From an uncultured Acidobacteriota bacterium (GTDB lineage: Bacteria > Acidobacteriota > Terriglobia > UBA7540), in assembly GCA_963804995.1 (NCBI GenBank), contig CAWDSK010000009.1:192001-256000 (forward strand): DNA of 64,000 nucleotides, given 5' to 3'. The translations under genes were made by a program, and so were the position numbers. A model generated the notes under the pieces. The model was not told the DNA's origin, made no database searches, and was given only the letters and a program-made list of their open reading frames with translations. This document shows, in pieces, positions 1-10,897 of the stretch (position 1 is the stretch's first letter; the number at the start of each line of letters is the position of its first letter).

Positions 1-141
1 TTTGCAGCGCTCCGCGCTAACCCCTCGACGATCGTAGAATCATGGACGCCGCAGCAGAAAACGCTCCAGGAAACCATTTCGCTTGAGGACGCCTGGGCCA
101 AGCAGAGCGTGGATTATTTGCGGAAGTACATTTCTGACTAG
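1..141 (+). CDS. 3' end of a probable sugar phosphate isomerase/epimerase (TIM barrel), truncated by the window edge
   Basis: Frame 1 reads FAALRANPSTIVESWTPQQKTLQETISLEDAWAKQSVDYLRKYISD*, resembling C-termini of the AP-endonuclease-2/xylose-isomerase-like family. Confidence 0.5.
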   Translation, partial: FAALRANPSTIVESWTPQQKTLQETISLEDAWAKQSVDYLRKYISD

Positions 142-521
142 CTAGCCCTCCTAATAACCGTTCGGGAAAGACCTACCTATACAAAGGAAACGTTCTTGTG
201 ACATACCCAAAAGGCAGTGGAATAAACCTCCCACAGGCTATCTCCCGAGGCATTTTCCTGATACCAATCGTGGGGTCTTCTGGAGTCGACGGTTCTCTTC
301 CGATGGTCAGCGTTAGTTGGGAAACTGCCCATGGGTTAATCGAGTAAGTGGTCCTGAATCCCCCTTTCCTGTAACCGAAACAAGCTAAACGCCTTGCAGA
401 TCAAAAAAATTGTCGGAAAAAATGTACTTTTCTGTGTGAATCTGTGGCATGATACGCGGTAGCTTGAACCACTAACGATATAGCCACTACCCGCCCCCTT
501 ACGGGGGTCGTAACATGCAGG

Positions 522-582
522 ACTCGGAGAGCCGAGGCAATGGCCTACCTTTAAAACACCTCGGCTCCTCCCGAGTTTTTTC
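522..582 (+). terminator. Long hairpin followed by a U-tract (intrinsic terminator, possibly the end of an sRNA)
   Basis: actcggagagccgagg ... cctcggctcctcccgagt followed by tttttt. Confidence 0.5.
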
Positions 583-975
583 AACCCTCGGGCTCCAAAC
601 ACCACCAAACGGTCGGGCAGCGCGGAATCGTGCCCCTCTTGATAAACGTCACAATGGGAAGGGCCGCTCCGCCCGAGACTATCGTTGGTACTAAAGAGGG
701 ATGACTTTGATTTCATCTCCGACATGAGGCCGGGAATTTGTGATCCAGTAGGGTTGGCACAGAGCTGATTTGGTCTGGCCGAGAGTCTCACCGCTGCGAT
801 GAAATGAATTTGCTACAAGGAACCGGTATTGTCAGCGGGGTGACGGTGTGTTATATACGAATGACTGCGAAGATTGGCTGGAGCCAAGAGGATTCCGTTA
901 GGAAAGGGCCTCCTGCCAAGCAACGGTTTTGGATACCAGTCAAACTTCGAAATTCTAGGAAGGGGATCCCACTGC

Positions 976-1560
976 GTGAGTTTCATTAATTTTGCCGCCC
1001 GGGAAATCAACTGCAAGATCGTCTACTATGGCGCCGGTCTGGGTGGCAAAACCACCAACTTGCAGTGGATCTTCGACCAGACGTTGGGGAAAACCGGCGG
1101 CAAGATGATTTCCCTGGCGACGGAAACCGACCGCACCCTTTTCTTTGATTTTCTCCCCCTCGACCTCGGCAGCATTCGCGGATTCAAGACGCGCTTCCAT
1201 CTCTACACGGTTCCCGGCCAGGTCTTCTACGATGCCAGTCGTAAGCTGATTCTGCGGGGCGTGGATGGCGTGGTGTTCGTTGCCGATTCCCAGGAAGAAA
1301 GAATGGACGCCAACCTGGAAGCCTTGGAGAACCTGCAGGCAAATCTCGCAGAGCACAATTATGACTTTGCGAAAGTTCCATATGTGCTCCAGCTCAACAA
1401 ACGCGATTTGCCTAACGTTCTTTCCGTAGAGGAATTGAAAAAGAACCTGATGAAGAAGGATGAGCCCGTCTTTGAAGGCGTGGCTTTCAAAGGGGTCGGC
1501 GTGTTCGAAACTTTGAAAGAATGCGGGCGACTGGTTCTGGCGGAATTGAAGAAGGGTTAG
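976..1560 (+). CDS. mglA: MglA-family small GTPase
   Basis: GTG start after aggggat; [39 protein letters not shown] and NKRD motifs typical of MglA. Confidence 0.93.
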   Translation: MSFINFAAREINCKIVYYGAGLGGKTTNLQWIFDQTLGKTGGKMISLATETDRTLFFDFLPLDLGSIRGFKTRFHLYTVPGQVFYDASRKLILRGVDGVVFVADSQEERMDANLEALENLQANLAEHNYDFAKVPYVLQLNKRDLPNVLSVEELKKNLMKKDEPVFEGVAFKGVGVFETLKECGRLVLAELKKG

Positions 1561-1667
1561 GCAGTAGGAATCTTACTCAAGTTAGGTCGCTCTTCCCCCC
1601 ACAAATCAATCTGCACACTCACCGATGCGCCGGTCCCCAAGGTCGCGAGCCTGCATGCTGCCCGTTC

Positions 1668-3150
1668 CTAGCTTGACTCCCTTTCGGCCGTGGTGAGTTC
1701 GAAGAAGTGGTGCCCCATGATGGCCAGGGTTATGGCCTTGCTGAAGTGATGCCGGTGGCGATGCAAAGACTGCGCAAGGAATTTCCAGTACTCCTGACGA
1801 TAGTTGCTGAGCAGGCCCTGGCGGAAAAGCGAACGGCCGAGCGCCATGAGGTCTGAGAACACCAGCGGCGAGCGCGATCCGCGGCCCAACTGCGCGAGGA
1901 AAGCAGAGGCGCGCTGGAAGTATTCGCGCGGGTTGTATATGGTCCGGAGGATGCGCCGGTAACCATCCAGCAATTCCTGGGTGTCCATGCGCGGGATGAA
2001 GTTCAAGTCAACCAGGGTGTTGTTCCCCAGGCTGGCTTTCAGGAGGCGGCCCTCCGCCTTGAGCCTTCTCCACAACTGGGTATTCGGCAGCGCATTGAGC
2101 AATCCAACCATGGAAAGCGGGATAGCAGCCTGGCGGATGAATTCAATTTGCCGGTCGAAGACGTCCGGCGGGTCGTGGTCAAAACCCACGATGAACCCTG
2201 CCATGACTTCCATGCCGTACGCCTGGATGAGCTTTACGCTCTCCAGCAGATCCATGCGGAGATTCTGGAATTTAGTGGTTTCCTTCAGGCTCTCGGCCAC
2301 CGGCGTCTCGATGCCCAGGAAGACGCGCGTGAAATGTGCCTCGCGCATCATCGCCAGCAGGTCCTTGTCTTCCGCCAGATTCAGGGAAGCTTCGGTATAA
2401 AGCGTGAAGGGAAACTTGTGATCGCGCATCCACTGGATCAGGCGTGGAAGCAGCAACTTCACGTTCTTCTTGTTGCCGATAAAGTTGTCGTCGACCATGA
2501 ACACCGAGCCGCGCCAGCCGAGGCGATAGAGTTGCTTCGAGTTCCGCGCACACCTGGTCAGGAGTCTTGGTGCGCGGGCGGCGGCCGTAGATCTCGATGA
2601 TGTCGCAGAACTCGCAGGTAAAAGGGCAGCCGCGTGAAAACTGCACTGACATGGAACTGTAGCGACGCAAGGCGGTCAGGCGCAGGTCCGGGAGCGGCAC
2701 TTGAGTTACATCCGCAAGTTCCGGATGGACGTAGAGTGGTTTGGCCACCCCGCGTTCAAGCTCCTCGGCAAGCTGGCTAATCATATCTTCCGCTTCGCCC
2801 TCCACGATGTGGTCGGCTCCGGAAATCGACGGGTCATGCGCGCTGGTGATCGGCCCACCCACGACCGTCCGCCGGCCGCGCTGCTTGGCCCGCGCAATCA
2901 GCCCTTTCAGCGAGGGTCCCTGCACAATCATGCCGCTGAAGAAAACCACGTCCGCCCAGTCGAGGTCGGAGTCCTTGAGCCGCTGGACATTCAAATCCAC
3001 CAGACGTTTCTGCCAGTGCTTGGGCAGCATCGCTGAGATGGTGAGCAAGCCCAAAGGCGGAAACGCCGAACGCTTGCCCTGAAAAGGCAGCGCGTGCTTG
3101 AAGCTCCAAAACGTATCGGGGAATTCGGGATAGACCAGCAGGACCTTCAT
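1668..3150 (-). CDS. B12-binding radical SAM protein (DUF4070 type), split by a +1 frameshift near 2536
   Basis: MKVLLVYPEFPDTFWSF, CPFTCEFC (CxxxCxxC), VDDNFIGNK, GFIVGFD; removing one base restores LEQLYRLGWRGSVFMVDD. Confidence 0.85.
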
Positions 3151-3804
3151 CCAAACACCTCTCGAGCGGAAGGCACCGGCGCCTCTTCCGCACCTCATGC
3201 TGCCAGGGCAGCCGTACTTCGGTTTCGTCACAGGCCGGTGGATTTTGATCGGGGCTCTGTGCGAGACGCTGATTCTTACATCCCTCATTAAGGCGGGGAA
3301 CTATCCGTCCCGAGCGAGCGAAGGCTCTTGGTAAGCGTATAAATTGCGGGCCGAAAACCCCACGCGGAGGGTTCTACACAACGACCGAGAGTCTAACACC
3401 ATAAGAGTTCGCGCTCCAGCGAAAACCATTTAATTTTTCCTGTGCCACAATAGCGGGATTGCCGGGGTGATTTCCGCGGCCCGTTTCTTCCGATGCATGC
3501 GAATCTGCGAAAACCGGATTGCTCCGAGCGTTGCGAAGCACAAAGGGGGAAGTGAGAATAAGGATCAGGGATTTCGGCTATCATGTGACGGGTTCGTTTA
3601 AGAAGGCGACCCTGAGTTTTTGGTGGGACACCGTGCGCTACAGTGCTCTACAGCGCGTCGTCGTTCACAGCCGCGGTAAATGTGTCCCTGCCTGCCACCT
3701 GATGATTGTGTCATATGGGACGGCGATTTCGCAGGCGGAATTCGGGTGACGAAAGTGGTAAAAAGGTAAGCTGATTGCCAAGCGTTGAGTGAGGGGAGGA
3801 ATCC

Positions 3805-4110
3805 ATGTTTATCGTGCATGTACATATTCGAGTGAAGCCGGAGCACGTTGACGCTTTCAAGCTGGCGACGATTGAGAACGCCCGCAACAGCGTGAAGGAG
3901 CCGGGCATCGCGCGTTTTGACGTGATTCAGCAGAAAGACGATCCCACGCGGTTTGTGCTCGTGGAAGTTTACCGGAGCGTGGAGGCGACGGTAGCGCACA
4001 AGGAGACGGCGCATTACGTGGCGTGGCGCGACCGTGCGGAGCCTTTGATGGCCGAGCCCCGCACGCGCGTGCAGTACGCCAACGTTTTTCCCGATGAGGA
4101 AGGCTGGTGA
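3805..4110 (+). CDS. Antibiotic biosynthesis monooxygenase (ABM/LsrG-like) protein
   Basis: RBS gaggggagg; [25 protein letters not shown]. Confidence 0.85.
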   Translation: MFIVHVHIRVKPEHVDAFKLATIENARNSVKEPGIARFDVIQQKDDPTRFVLVEVYRSVEATVAHKETAHYVAWRDRAEPLMAEPRTRVQYANVFPDEEGW

Positions 4111-4117
4111 GGTCCTG

Positions 4118-5287
4118 ATGCGATTCGAATTTGCGACGGCAACCCGCATCCTGTTTGGCGAAGGCGTCGTGCGCGAAGTAGCGCCGGCGGTGAAGGCGTG
4201 GGGGCGCCGGGCGCTGCTGGTAACGGGGCGGGCGCGGGAGCGTTCCGAGCCCTTGCTGGCGGATTTGCATTCGGCCGGTATCGCCGCCAGCACCTTCTCC
4301 GCCGCGGGCGAACCGACGGTTGAGATGATTCGCCGCGGCGTGGAGCAGGCGCGCGACGAGCAATGTGGTGTGGTAATTGCGCTCGGCGGAGGCAGCTCGA
4401 TTGACGCGGGAAAGGCCATTGCGGCGCTGCTCACAAACCCCGGCGCGCTGCTGGATTACCTGGAAGTGGTGGGCAGCGGGAAGCCGCTGGAAAATCCCGC
4501 CGCGCCGTTCATCGCTGTGCCCACCACGGCGGGGACAGGCTCCGAGGTGACGCGCAACGCCGTGTTAGGAGTGCCCGAGCGCCGGGTGAAGGTGAGCCTG
4601 CGCAGCCCGCTGATGCTGGCGCGACTGGCGGTGGTCGATCCCGAACTGACCGTCGGCCTGCCGCCTGCCATCACCGCCTACACGGGGCTTGACGCGCTGA
4701 CCCAGTTGATTGAGGCCTACGTCTCCATCCGCGCCAACCCTCTGACCGATGGATTCTGCCTGCAAGGAATCCGCTGTGCCGCCCGTTCGCTGCGGCGAGT
4801 CTTTCACGAGGGTCGCGATATTGCGGCGCGCCGGGACATGTCGCTCGCGGCCTTGTTCAGCGGATTGTCGCTAGCGAACGCGGGCCTGGGTGTCGTGCAT
4901 GGATTCGCGGGGCCACTGGGGGGAAGGGTTGCGGCTCCGCACGGAGCGATTTGCGCAGCGATTCTGCCGCAGGGAATGGCGATGAACCTTCGCGCCCTCC
5001 GCGCCCGCGCGCCCCAAAGCGAAGCACTGCGCCGATACGAGCAGGTGGCGCGCCTCCTGACCAGGCGACCGGAAGCTACGGCCGACGACGGCGTCCGCTG
5101 GGCGCGGGAGACTTGCCGGGAGCTTCAGGTTCCGCCCTTGGCCGCCTACGGGGTCGGCGCCGAGGATGTTCCGGAACTTATTCGCGAGGCGCAGAAAGCG
5201 AGCAGCATGAAAGGAAATCCCCTAGCGCTCGAGCCAGAGGAATTGACAGAAATCGTGCTGCGGTCGCTGAAGGGCAGTGATGAATGA
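4118..5287 (+). CDS. Iron-containing alcohol dehydrogenase
   Basis: GGGSSIDAGK, PTTAGTGSEVT, DALTQLIE, GVVHG, HGAIC. Confidence 0.92.
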   Translation: MRFEFATATRILFGEGVVREVAPAVKAWGRRALLVTGRARERSEPLLADLHSAGIAASTFSAAGEPTVEMIRRGVEQARDEQCGVVIALGGGSSIDAGKAIAALLTNPGALLDYLEVVGSGKPLENPAAPFIAVPTTAGTGSEVTRNAVLGVPERRVKVSLRSPLMLARLAVVDPELTVGLPPAITAYTGLDALTQLIEAYVSIRANPLTDGFCLQGIRCAARSLRRVFHEGRDIAARRDMSLAALFSGLSLANAGLGVVHGFAGPLGGRVAAPHGAICAAILPQGMAMNLRALRARAPQSEALRRYEQVARLLTRRPEATADDGVRWARETCRELQVPPLAAYGVGAEDVPELIREAQKASSMKGNPLALEPEELTEIVLRSLKGSDE

Positions 5288-5542
5288 TGAGTTACGAGTG
5301 ACGAGCCGGTAGCGCAGCGCGGCGAAGACGCAAGGGCAAGGCAAAAGGCAAAGTGCAAAATGCAAAAGTCAAAGCCGCGTTTGCCACACCCATTTGAATT
5401 CATAGCCCTCGCCGAGGGGAGAGGGTGGCGCGCTGCCGGCGTTCTCACCAGCCGGAGCGCGACGGGTGAGGGGTTACTCTGCTACTCAGGGCCCCGCAAT
5501 TCCCCTCATCTCGGCCGTCGAATCTGCCGATAACCGTAGCGG

Positions 5543-5754
5543 GGAAGTGTGTCACGCGCGGGCTAGGGTGTCGGCGCTTCCCGCCATGGATTTTGGTTTC
5601 TTCTGGCCACTAACCACTCGTCACTGGCCACTGCTTTTGAAGTGTGTCACGCTAGGGTTTGGCCGTCAGTGCTGGTTGCCTTCTCGCCGTGGGTTTTGGT
5701 TTCTTCTCGCCACTAGCCACTCGTCACTAGCCACTGCTTTTGAAGTGTGTCACG
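5543..5754 (+). repeat. Imperfect tandem duplication (~100-bp unit) containing the CACTAGC/CACTCGT heptamer element
   Basis: gaagtgtgtcacg occurs three times; ttttggtttcttct..ccacta.ccactcgtcact.gccactgcttttgaagtgtgtcacg occurs twice. Confidence 0.75.
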
Positions 5755-6012
5755 GCGAGGTCAAGGGTCGGTATATGGGTTGAGTTCCGATCACCCGATC
5801 ATCCGATCTCCCGATGCCTCTAAATTCCCCTCATCTCGGCCGTCGAACCCGCCGATAACCGATACGGGGGAGTGTCGGGGGACCCACGAGGGGGGGCTGG
5901 CGTTTCATCGTTGCCGGCTGCGATGGAGAGCCGCCCTTGAGGGCGGCACACCGTAGCGGCGGCGGCATTCATCCCGACCCGATCGGGACGCTGCCATGGC
6001 GAGGTGAACTCA

Positions 6013-6138
6013 CGGCTGTCCAAGGTGTTCGGAGGCAGCGCGGAAACCTGGCTCACGCAGCAGGCGCACTACGACCCTGCACAGGTTCGCGCCGACCGCA
6101 TCAAGCTCAAGCGGCTGGAATTGCGTTTGTCATCGTAG
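6013..6138 (+). pseudogene. C-terminal remnant of a HigA-family antitoxin
   Basis: RLSKVFGGSAETWLTQQAHYDPAQVRADRIKLKRLEL; no N-terminal HTH or start codon. Confidence 0.65.
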
Positions 6139-6217
6139 GGAAAGCCTACGGCAAGAAGAATGTTGACCGCTAACGCCTTGTCGGCTGCGGGTCAGGCTGC
6201 GGGACGGGCCGAGGGTG

Positions 6218-6822
<605 letters not shown>

Positions 6823-6872
6823 TTAACACTAGAGCGCCGGAAAATGCCATGGCGACCTTGACATGCGCTACC

Positions 6873-6971
6873 CTCGACGTCCAAAAGGCGTTTGGCAGTG
6901 GAAGGGCCGTTAACGACGCCTTACGCCTGGTCATCGAGCTGCGCAAGGTGGGAAGTTACAAGCAATCGTAA
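6873..6971 (+). pseudogene. Remnant of a small BrnA-like antitoxin/hypothetical protein
   Basis: LDVQKAFGSGRAVNDALRLVIEL resembles the DVxxxF..S..VNxALR motif; 5' part missing. Confidence 0.45.
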
Positions 6972-7038
6972 TGCGGACCTTTCTTGGAGGTCTGCGGGAC
7001 TTGGGCACGGGCGGTGAAAAGAACCTCTGAATATCCCT

Positions 7039-8007
7039 TTAGGGGAAAAACTCCTTCTTGACCTTTTGGTATCTGGACGCGGCTATAAACATTCGTTCAA
7101 GCTGCGCATAGGAACGAAAATGGTATTTTCCCTTACAGCCATTATACGGCTTCTTGGCAACTTCTCGGTTATAACGAGAGTGTTCGTCATCTCGCGCCAC
7201 TATAACGAATTTTGCGTCGATCTTGATAACCTGAAACATTCGATGCAGGGCCAGGGTTATTTTCGTTGAGTTTTGGACTTCGAAAAAAAACTCGGGCATG
7301 CCTTCCTTCAACCAGATGACGTTAATATTCTTCGCTGATTGCATCGTTCCAGAAGGTGCGAAGGGCTCAAGTTTCTGTACCGATGCTCTGGCTTCAAGTT
7401 TCTCCCCTCTGAATCTATGTGCTGGATGAGCTGTATAGGTTTCATAGTCTTGCATAACGCCCAACGATATAAGAGCTGCTTCTGCCGCTTCGTGACTGTC
7501 AATCCGTATGTTGAGGTCATCGCCGCTGATCCCAAGCAGCGAATCCCTCCGGTCTTCGAGGTCACGCGTGGTGGTGGTTTCAAGGAGGCCGTAGTCTAGC
7601 AGCTCTTGTGTCCAACGTCCTGCCTTCGCGAGGGTGGCAAGTATCCCGGCCTTTACCATTCCCAGAGCATTGAATTGTTCCTCGCTGATTTGTGGTAAGA
7701 GATATCGACCTATTTTCACGTAGTAGTAGATACTCCGCACAGAGAAGGCCTGGCGAGTCTCACGAATCTTATCCATCCATTCTGTGAACATCGAGGACCC
7801 AAGGACCTTTGTCTTTCCCGGAGCCTGCTCAAATGCTTCATTAATCCTCCCCAACGACAATGCTGCCTGATACTGTTTCCCAGGCCGAACGCCTCGAAAG
7901 TCTGGGCTGTACATGTCCAGTAGTTTCTGTTCAATTTCTTCAATGGAGGCCGAGTTCGGTTTCGTGTTTTCCATGCATTCCGCCACAGGGTAAATCGGAA
8001 TCGTCAT
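7039..8007 (-). CDS. Hypothetical protein with a C-terminal restriction-endonuclease-like (PD-(D/E)XK) domain
   Basis: SHEAAEAALISLG...INVIW...FFEVQNST...FVIVA...Y pattern; noticeably AT-richer than its flanks. Confidence 0.55.
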   Translation of the reverse strand: MTIPIYPVAECMENTKPNSASIEEIEQKLLDMYSPDFRGVRPGKQYQAALSLGRINEAFEQAPGKTKVLGSSMFTEWMDKIRETRQAFSVRSIYYYVKIGRYLLPQISEEQFNALGMVKAGILATLAKAGRWTQELLDYGLLETTTTRDLEDRRDSLLGISGDDLNIRIDSHEAAEAALISLGVMQDYETYTAHPAHRFRGEKLEARASVQKLEPFAPSGTMQSAKNINVIWLKEGMPEFFFEVQNSTKITLALHRMFQVIKIDAKFVIVARDDEHSRYNREVAKKPYNGCKGKYHFRSYAQLERMFIAASRYQKVKKEFFP

Positions 8008-8225
8008 TGAAGGCAGCCTTTACAGCCATGTCTGCAGTACTGTTTACTACCACTGGCACAGGGAACAGTATTTCCTCATCAGTTAGATCAGCTAATTCCT
8101 CGGACATAAACGAGGCAGAGCGTAATCATGGTCAGTAGAAACTTTGTGTGTCCCTCGATTTTCGTTTTCTCCTCCGGATTGACAGTGGTGATAGCATACC
8201 AGAAATCTAAGAGAACCGACTGACG

Positions 8226-9131
8226 ATGAACGAAGATCGCAAGCGCGGTGCGCAAGACAAGAGGGTGACGAAAACGGAGTACGAAGTTGCGCTCTGGAAG
8301 GCCCACATAGACAGACTCCGTGCAAACGCAGCATACTGCCGCGAGCCGGGGGAGGATATCCCCTCATCCAGTGATTATCTTGAGCCCTGCGAGAGCGGTG
8401 ATTCTTTTCACGAAGAAATGAAAAAGCTGAGTGCGGCTGGGGACCGGGCTTTTCACGATGCAAGTCTGAGAGTGCAGAAGCGGGTTGAGGCTCTGGAGGA
8501 GATGAAGGCTCACATAAGGGAGCTCAAGATCAGTTACCTGAAAGAGCATCTCCGGTATTTGGATGACTTCGGGAAGCTTGACCCGGCCGATCCGCAGTAC
8601 AATGCAAAGCGGAAATCGCTGGTTCAGAAAATCAAACAGGTCCACGAAGCGTATTCGGCGCTCGGCCCTCTCTCCAAACATAGACGCAGGTGCAGACAGG
8701 GGAATAACATGGTAAAGATCAAGGAGCCCTCCAAGAAGTTTTTGCTGAATCTTCCCGTGTCCCACAAAGAGCGGTTGGAGATGCTGATGATTGGCAGATT
8801 TGACCATCTGTCGGAGTATTTGCGGTATCTGGTTCGGCAGGAAATCCAACGTCATGGGACGCCACCAGCAGCAGGTGGCCCCTCAAACGACGCGCTATCT
8901 ACGGTCGGGATGAAGTCTATGCCTGATTGTGCCGACATTAGAGTGGATGGGAAGTTTGTCGGCAACACTCCCTCTAGCGTTCGATTAGTGCCCGGGGATC
9001 ACAAAATTACTATCGAAAAGTCGGGATTCAAGCCTTGGGAACGGACCGTGACCGTAAGCCCTGGTGCAGCAGTAACGATAAGTCCCACGCTTGAAAAATT
9101 GCCGAATCCCGTTTCCTCTGAGTCCGCCTAG
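8226..9131 (+). CDS. Chimeric hypothetical protein: helical N-terminus, RHH-like middle, C-terminal PEGA domain
   Basis: SMPDCADIRVDGKFVGNTPSSVRLVPGDHKITIEKSGFKPW is a PEGA domain; possible internal start ATG 8709 after ggggaata. Confidence 0.55.
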   Translation: MNEDRKRGAQDKRVTKTEYEVALWKAHIDRLRANAAYCREPGEDIPSSSDYLEPCESGDSFHEEMKKLSAAGDRAFHDASLRVQKRVEALEEMKAHIRELKISYLKEHLRYLDDFGKLDPADPQYNAKRKSLVQKIKQVHEAYSALGPLSKHRRRCRQGNNMVKIKEPSKKFLLNLPVSHKERLEMLMIGRFDHLSEYLRYLVRQEIQRHGTPPAAGGPSNDALSTVGMKSMPDCADIRVDGKFVGNTPSSVRLVPGDHKITIEKSGFKPWERTVTVSPGAAVTISPTLEKLPNPVSSESA

Positions 9132-9326
9132 GTAAGCAATGCCAGGGGAATTTCTCGGGGGTGGCGCATAGCTTTCCACGTATGCGCTCAGACAACACAC
9201 GCAACCTCTTTATCCACGAGTCTTAACGATGGACTGTCCTGGCTTCTTAACGGTCGCCGACATGAAAGGCAATGTCGGTGCCGCCCACAGGCAGGCGGCA
9301 GAGCTTCAAGTACCCAGATTCTGTCC

Positions 9327-9545
9327 CTAAAACGGGCGATGCTCGCGAACGAGGTCGTAGCGGATCTTAGTTTCCTGTCCGCCTTTCAGTTTAGTGAGCA
9401 CCGTGGGCCAACTGTTGAGCCAGCCAACGATAATGCGGCTGTCGTCGTTGCTGTACCGTACTTTCAGCCATAGCAATTCGCTGTCCCCTGTCTCGTCGTC
9501 CGTGAATTCAGCCCTCACGCGGTCACTGGGTTTGTATGCGGGCAA
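9327..9545 (-). CDS. Small hypothetical protein (DUF2314-like beta domain)
   Basis: RBS aggagg; FTDDETGDSELLWLKV...GWLNSWP. Confidence 0.55.
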   Translation of the reverse strand: MPAYKPSDRVRAEFTDDETGDSELLWLKVRYSNDDSRIIVGWLNSWPTVLTKLKGGQETKIRYDLVREHRPF

Positions 9546-9548
9546 TCA

Positions 9549-9833
9549 TCACCTCCTGATGTTGCTTTTCTCGGGCGGCTTGGCGGCGCGCAGCGCGTTA
9601 AGAAATGCCTCGCTCGCGCCTGCGGCCTTGAGGCTTTGGATAAAATCCTCTGCCGGGGCGAAATCAATCCCGCGCTGCTCGATCAGCTTCGCGCCCGACT
9701 CATCGCCCAACCCGTCCCACACCAGACCTTCGACCTGCTCCCGCGTAAAGGGCTTCTGCTGTGCCCTCACGGGCAGGGTCAGAATCATGGGTAGGACGAG
9801 GAGGAGCAGGAATAGTCGGGGCCGCATGGGCAC
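9549..9833 (-). CDS. Secreted-protein N-terminal fragment (signal peptide plus helical module)
   Basis: Signal peptide, then PFTREQV...IEQRGIDF...LKAAGASEAFLNALR; similar to the N-terminus of the WD40 protein at 40326-41759. Confidence 0.55.
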   Translation of the reverse strand: MPMRPRLFLLLLVLPMILTLPVRAQQKPFTREQVEGLVWDGLGDESGAKLIEQRGIDFAPAEDFIQSLKAAGASEAFLNALRAAKPPEKSNIRR

Positions 9834-10264
9834 CTCCCGAAAGTGGGGATCGAACGAGGTGGGGGCAATCTACCATGGTAGGTTCTCTGATTCCCGCACT
9901 GGCACGCTGATAAAGGGTAGAGTCTCCTCCTCATAAGAGACTCGGCTTTTTCGCTAGCGCACGCCGAAGCGAAGTCCGCGTTCCCCCGGAAAAACAGTGA
10001 CAAGTGGCGAGTGGCGAGCAGAGCCCCTCACTTAAGAACAGTGGCTAGTGGTTAGTGGCTAGTGACGAGCGTGGCCCCCTCTCCCCGGCCGGGGAGAGGG
10101 GGAAGGAGTTTGGTAGCGCAAGGCCCGCGGTCCGGTCCGCCGATCTTAATGGCGGACGGTTCTTCCAGCGGCGCGGGATAAATCTGCGCTCGTAGGGGCA
10201 GGCCTCGGTCTGCGGCAGCCTGCCGCCAAGGAAGTTTCATGGGAGAACCCACCCGCTTGCCTAT

Positions 10265-10302
10265 TTACGCAATATGCGTAATAATTTACGCAATATGCGT
10301 AA
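10265..10302. promoter_or_regulatory. Tandem palindromic operators TTACGCAATATGCGTAA x2 overlapping promoter and start codon
   Basis: Identical 17-bp near-palindromes at 10265-10281 and 10286-10302 (21-bp period); TTGCCT at 10257. Confidence 0.75.
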
Positions 10303-10897
10303 CAATGCGACATTGGAGGCGCTTTTTCCGAAGACTCGGCAGGGGGTTCTGGCCGCGACCCTAACCCAGCCGGAGAAGTGGTGGTATCTCTCGGAGCTCG
10401 CCCGGTTCCTCGGCACCACGCCTTCCAGCCTGCAGCGCGAGCTATCGGCGCTCGTTGACACGGGCATCCTGGAACAGAGACGGGAAGGTACCCGGGTTTA
10501 TTTCAGGGCTCAAAGGCACTCCCCCATCTACCGCGAGTTGCGGGGAATCATCGCCAAGACCGCCGGGATCATTCCCGTCGTTCGGACCGTTCTGGCGCCC
10601 TTGGGCCGAAAGATCCTCTGCGCCTTCGTCTACGGATCAGTGGCTCGGGCCGAGGAGCACGCCACCAGTGACATCGACTTGATGGTCATCGGCCAAGTGG
10701 GTCTCTTGGAATTGACCCCGGCGCTCCGTAAGGCTGAGCAAGCTCTGGGCCGCGACTTGAATGCCACCACGTATTCAGTCAATGAATTTCGTGGCAAGGT
10801 TGAGAGGAACGACCATTTTTTGGCCGCAGTATTGAAGCGCCCCAAGCAATTTGTCAAAGGAACTAAACGTGAGCTGGACGCAATTATTAGCCAATAA
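10295..10897 (+). CDS. wHTH-fused minimal nucleotidyltransferase (MNT antitoxin)
   Basis: LSELARFLGTTPSSLQREL (HTH) plus AFVYGSVARAEEHATSDIDLMV (GSxxR..SDxD); alternative start at 10274. Confidence 0.85.
   Translation: MRNNATLEALFPKTRQGVLAATLTQPEKWWYLSELARFLGTTPSSLQRELSALVDTGILEQRREGTRVYFRAQRHSPIYRELRGIIAKTAGIIPVVRTVLAPLGRKILCAFVYGSVARAEEHATSDIDLMVIGQVGLLELTPALRKAEQALGRDLNATTYSVNEFRGKVERNDHFLAAVLKRPKQFVKGTKRELDAIISQ

Noticed and set aside
336..791. 151-aa minus-strand ORF or hidden mglB
   Set aside because: No Roadblock-like pattern and atypical composition.
5543..5754. Possible CRISPR array (gaagtgtgtcacg x3)
   Set aside because: The spacers resemble each other, the period is ~100 bp and no cas genes are present; it is a tandem duplication.
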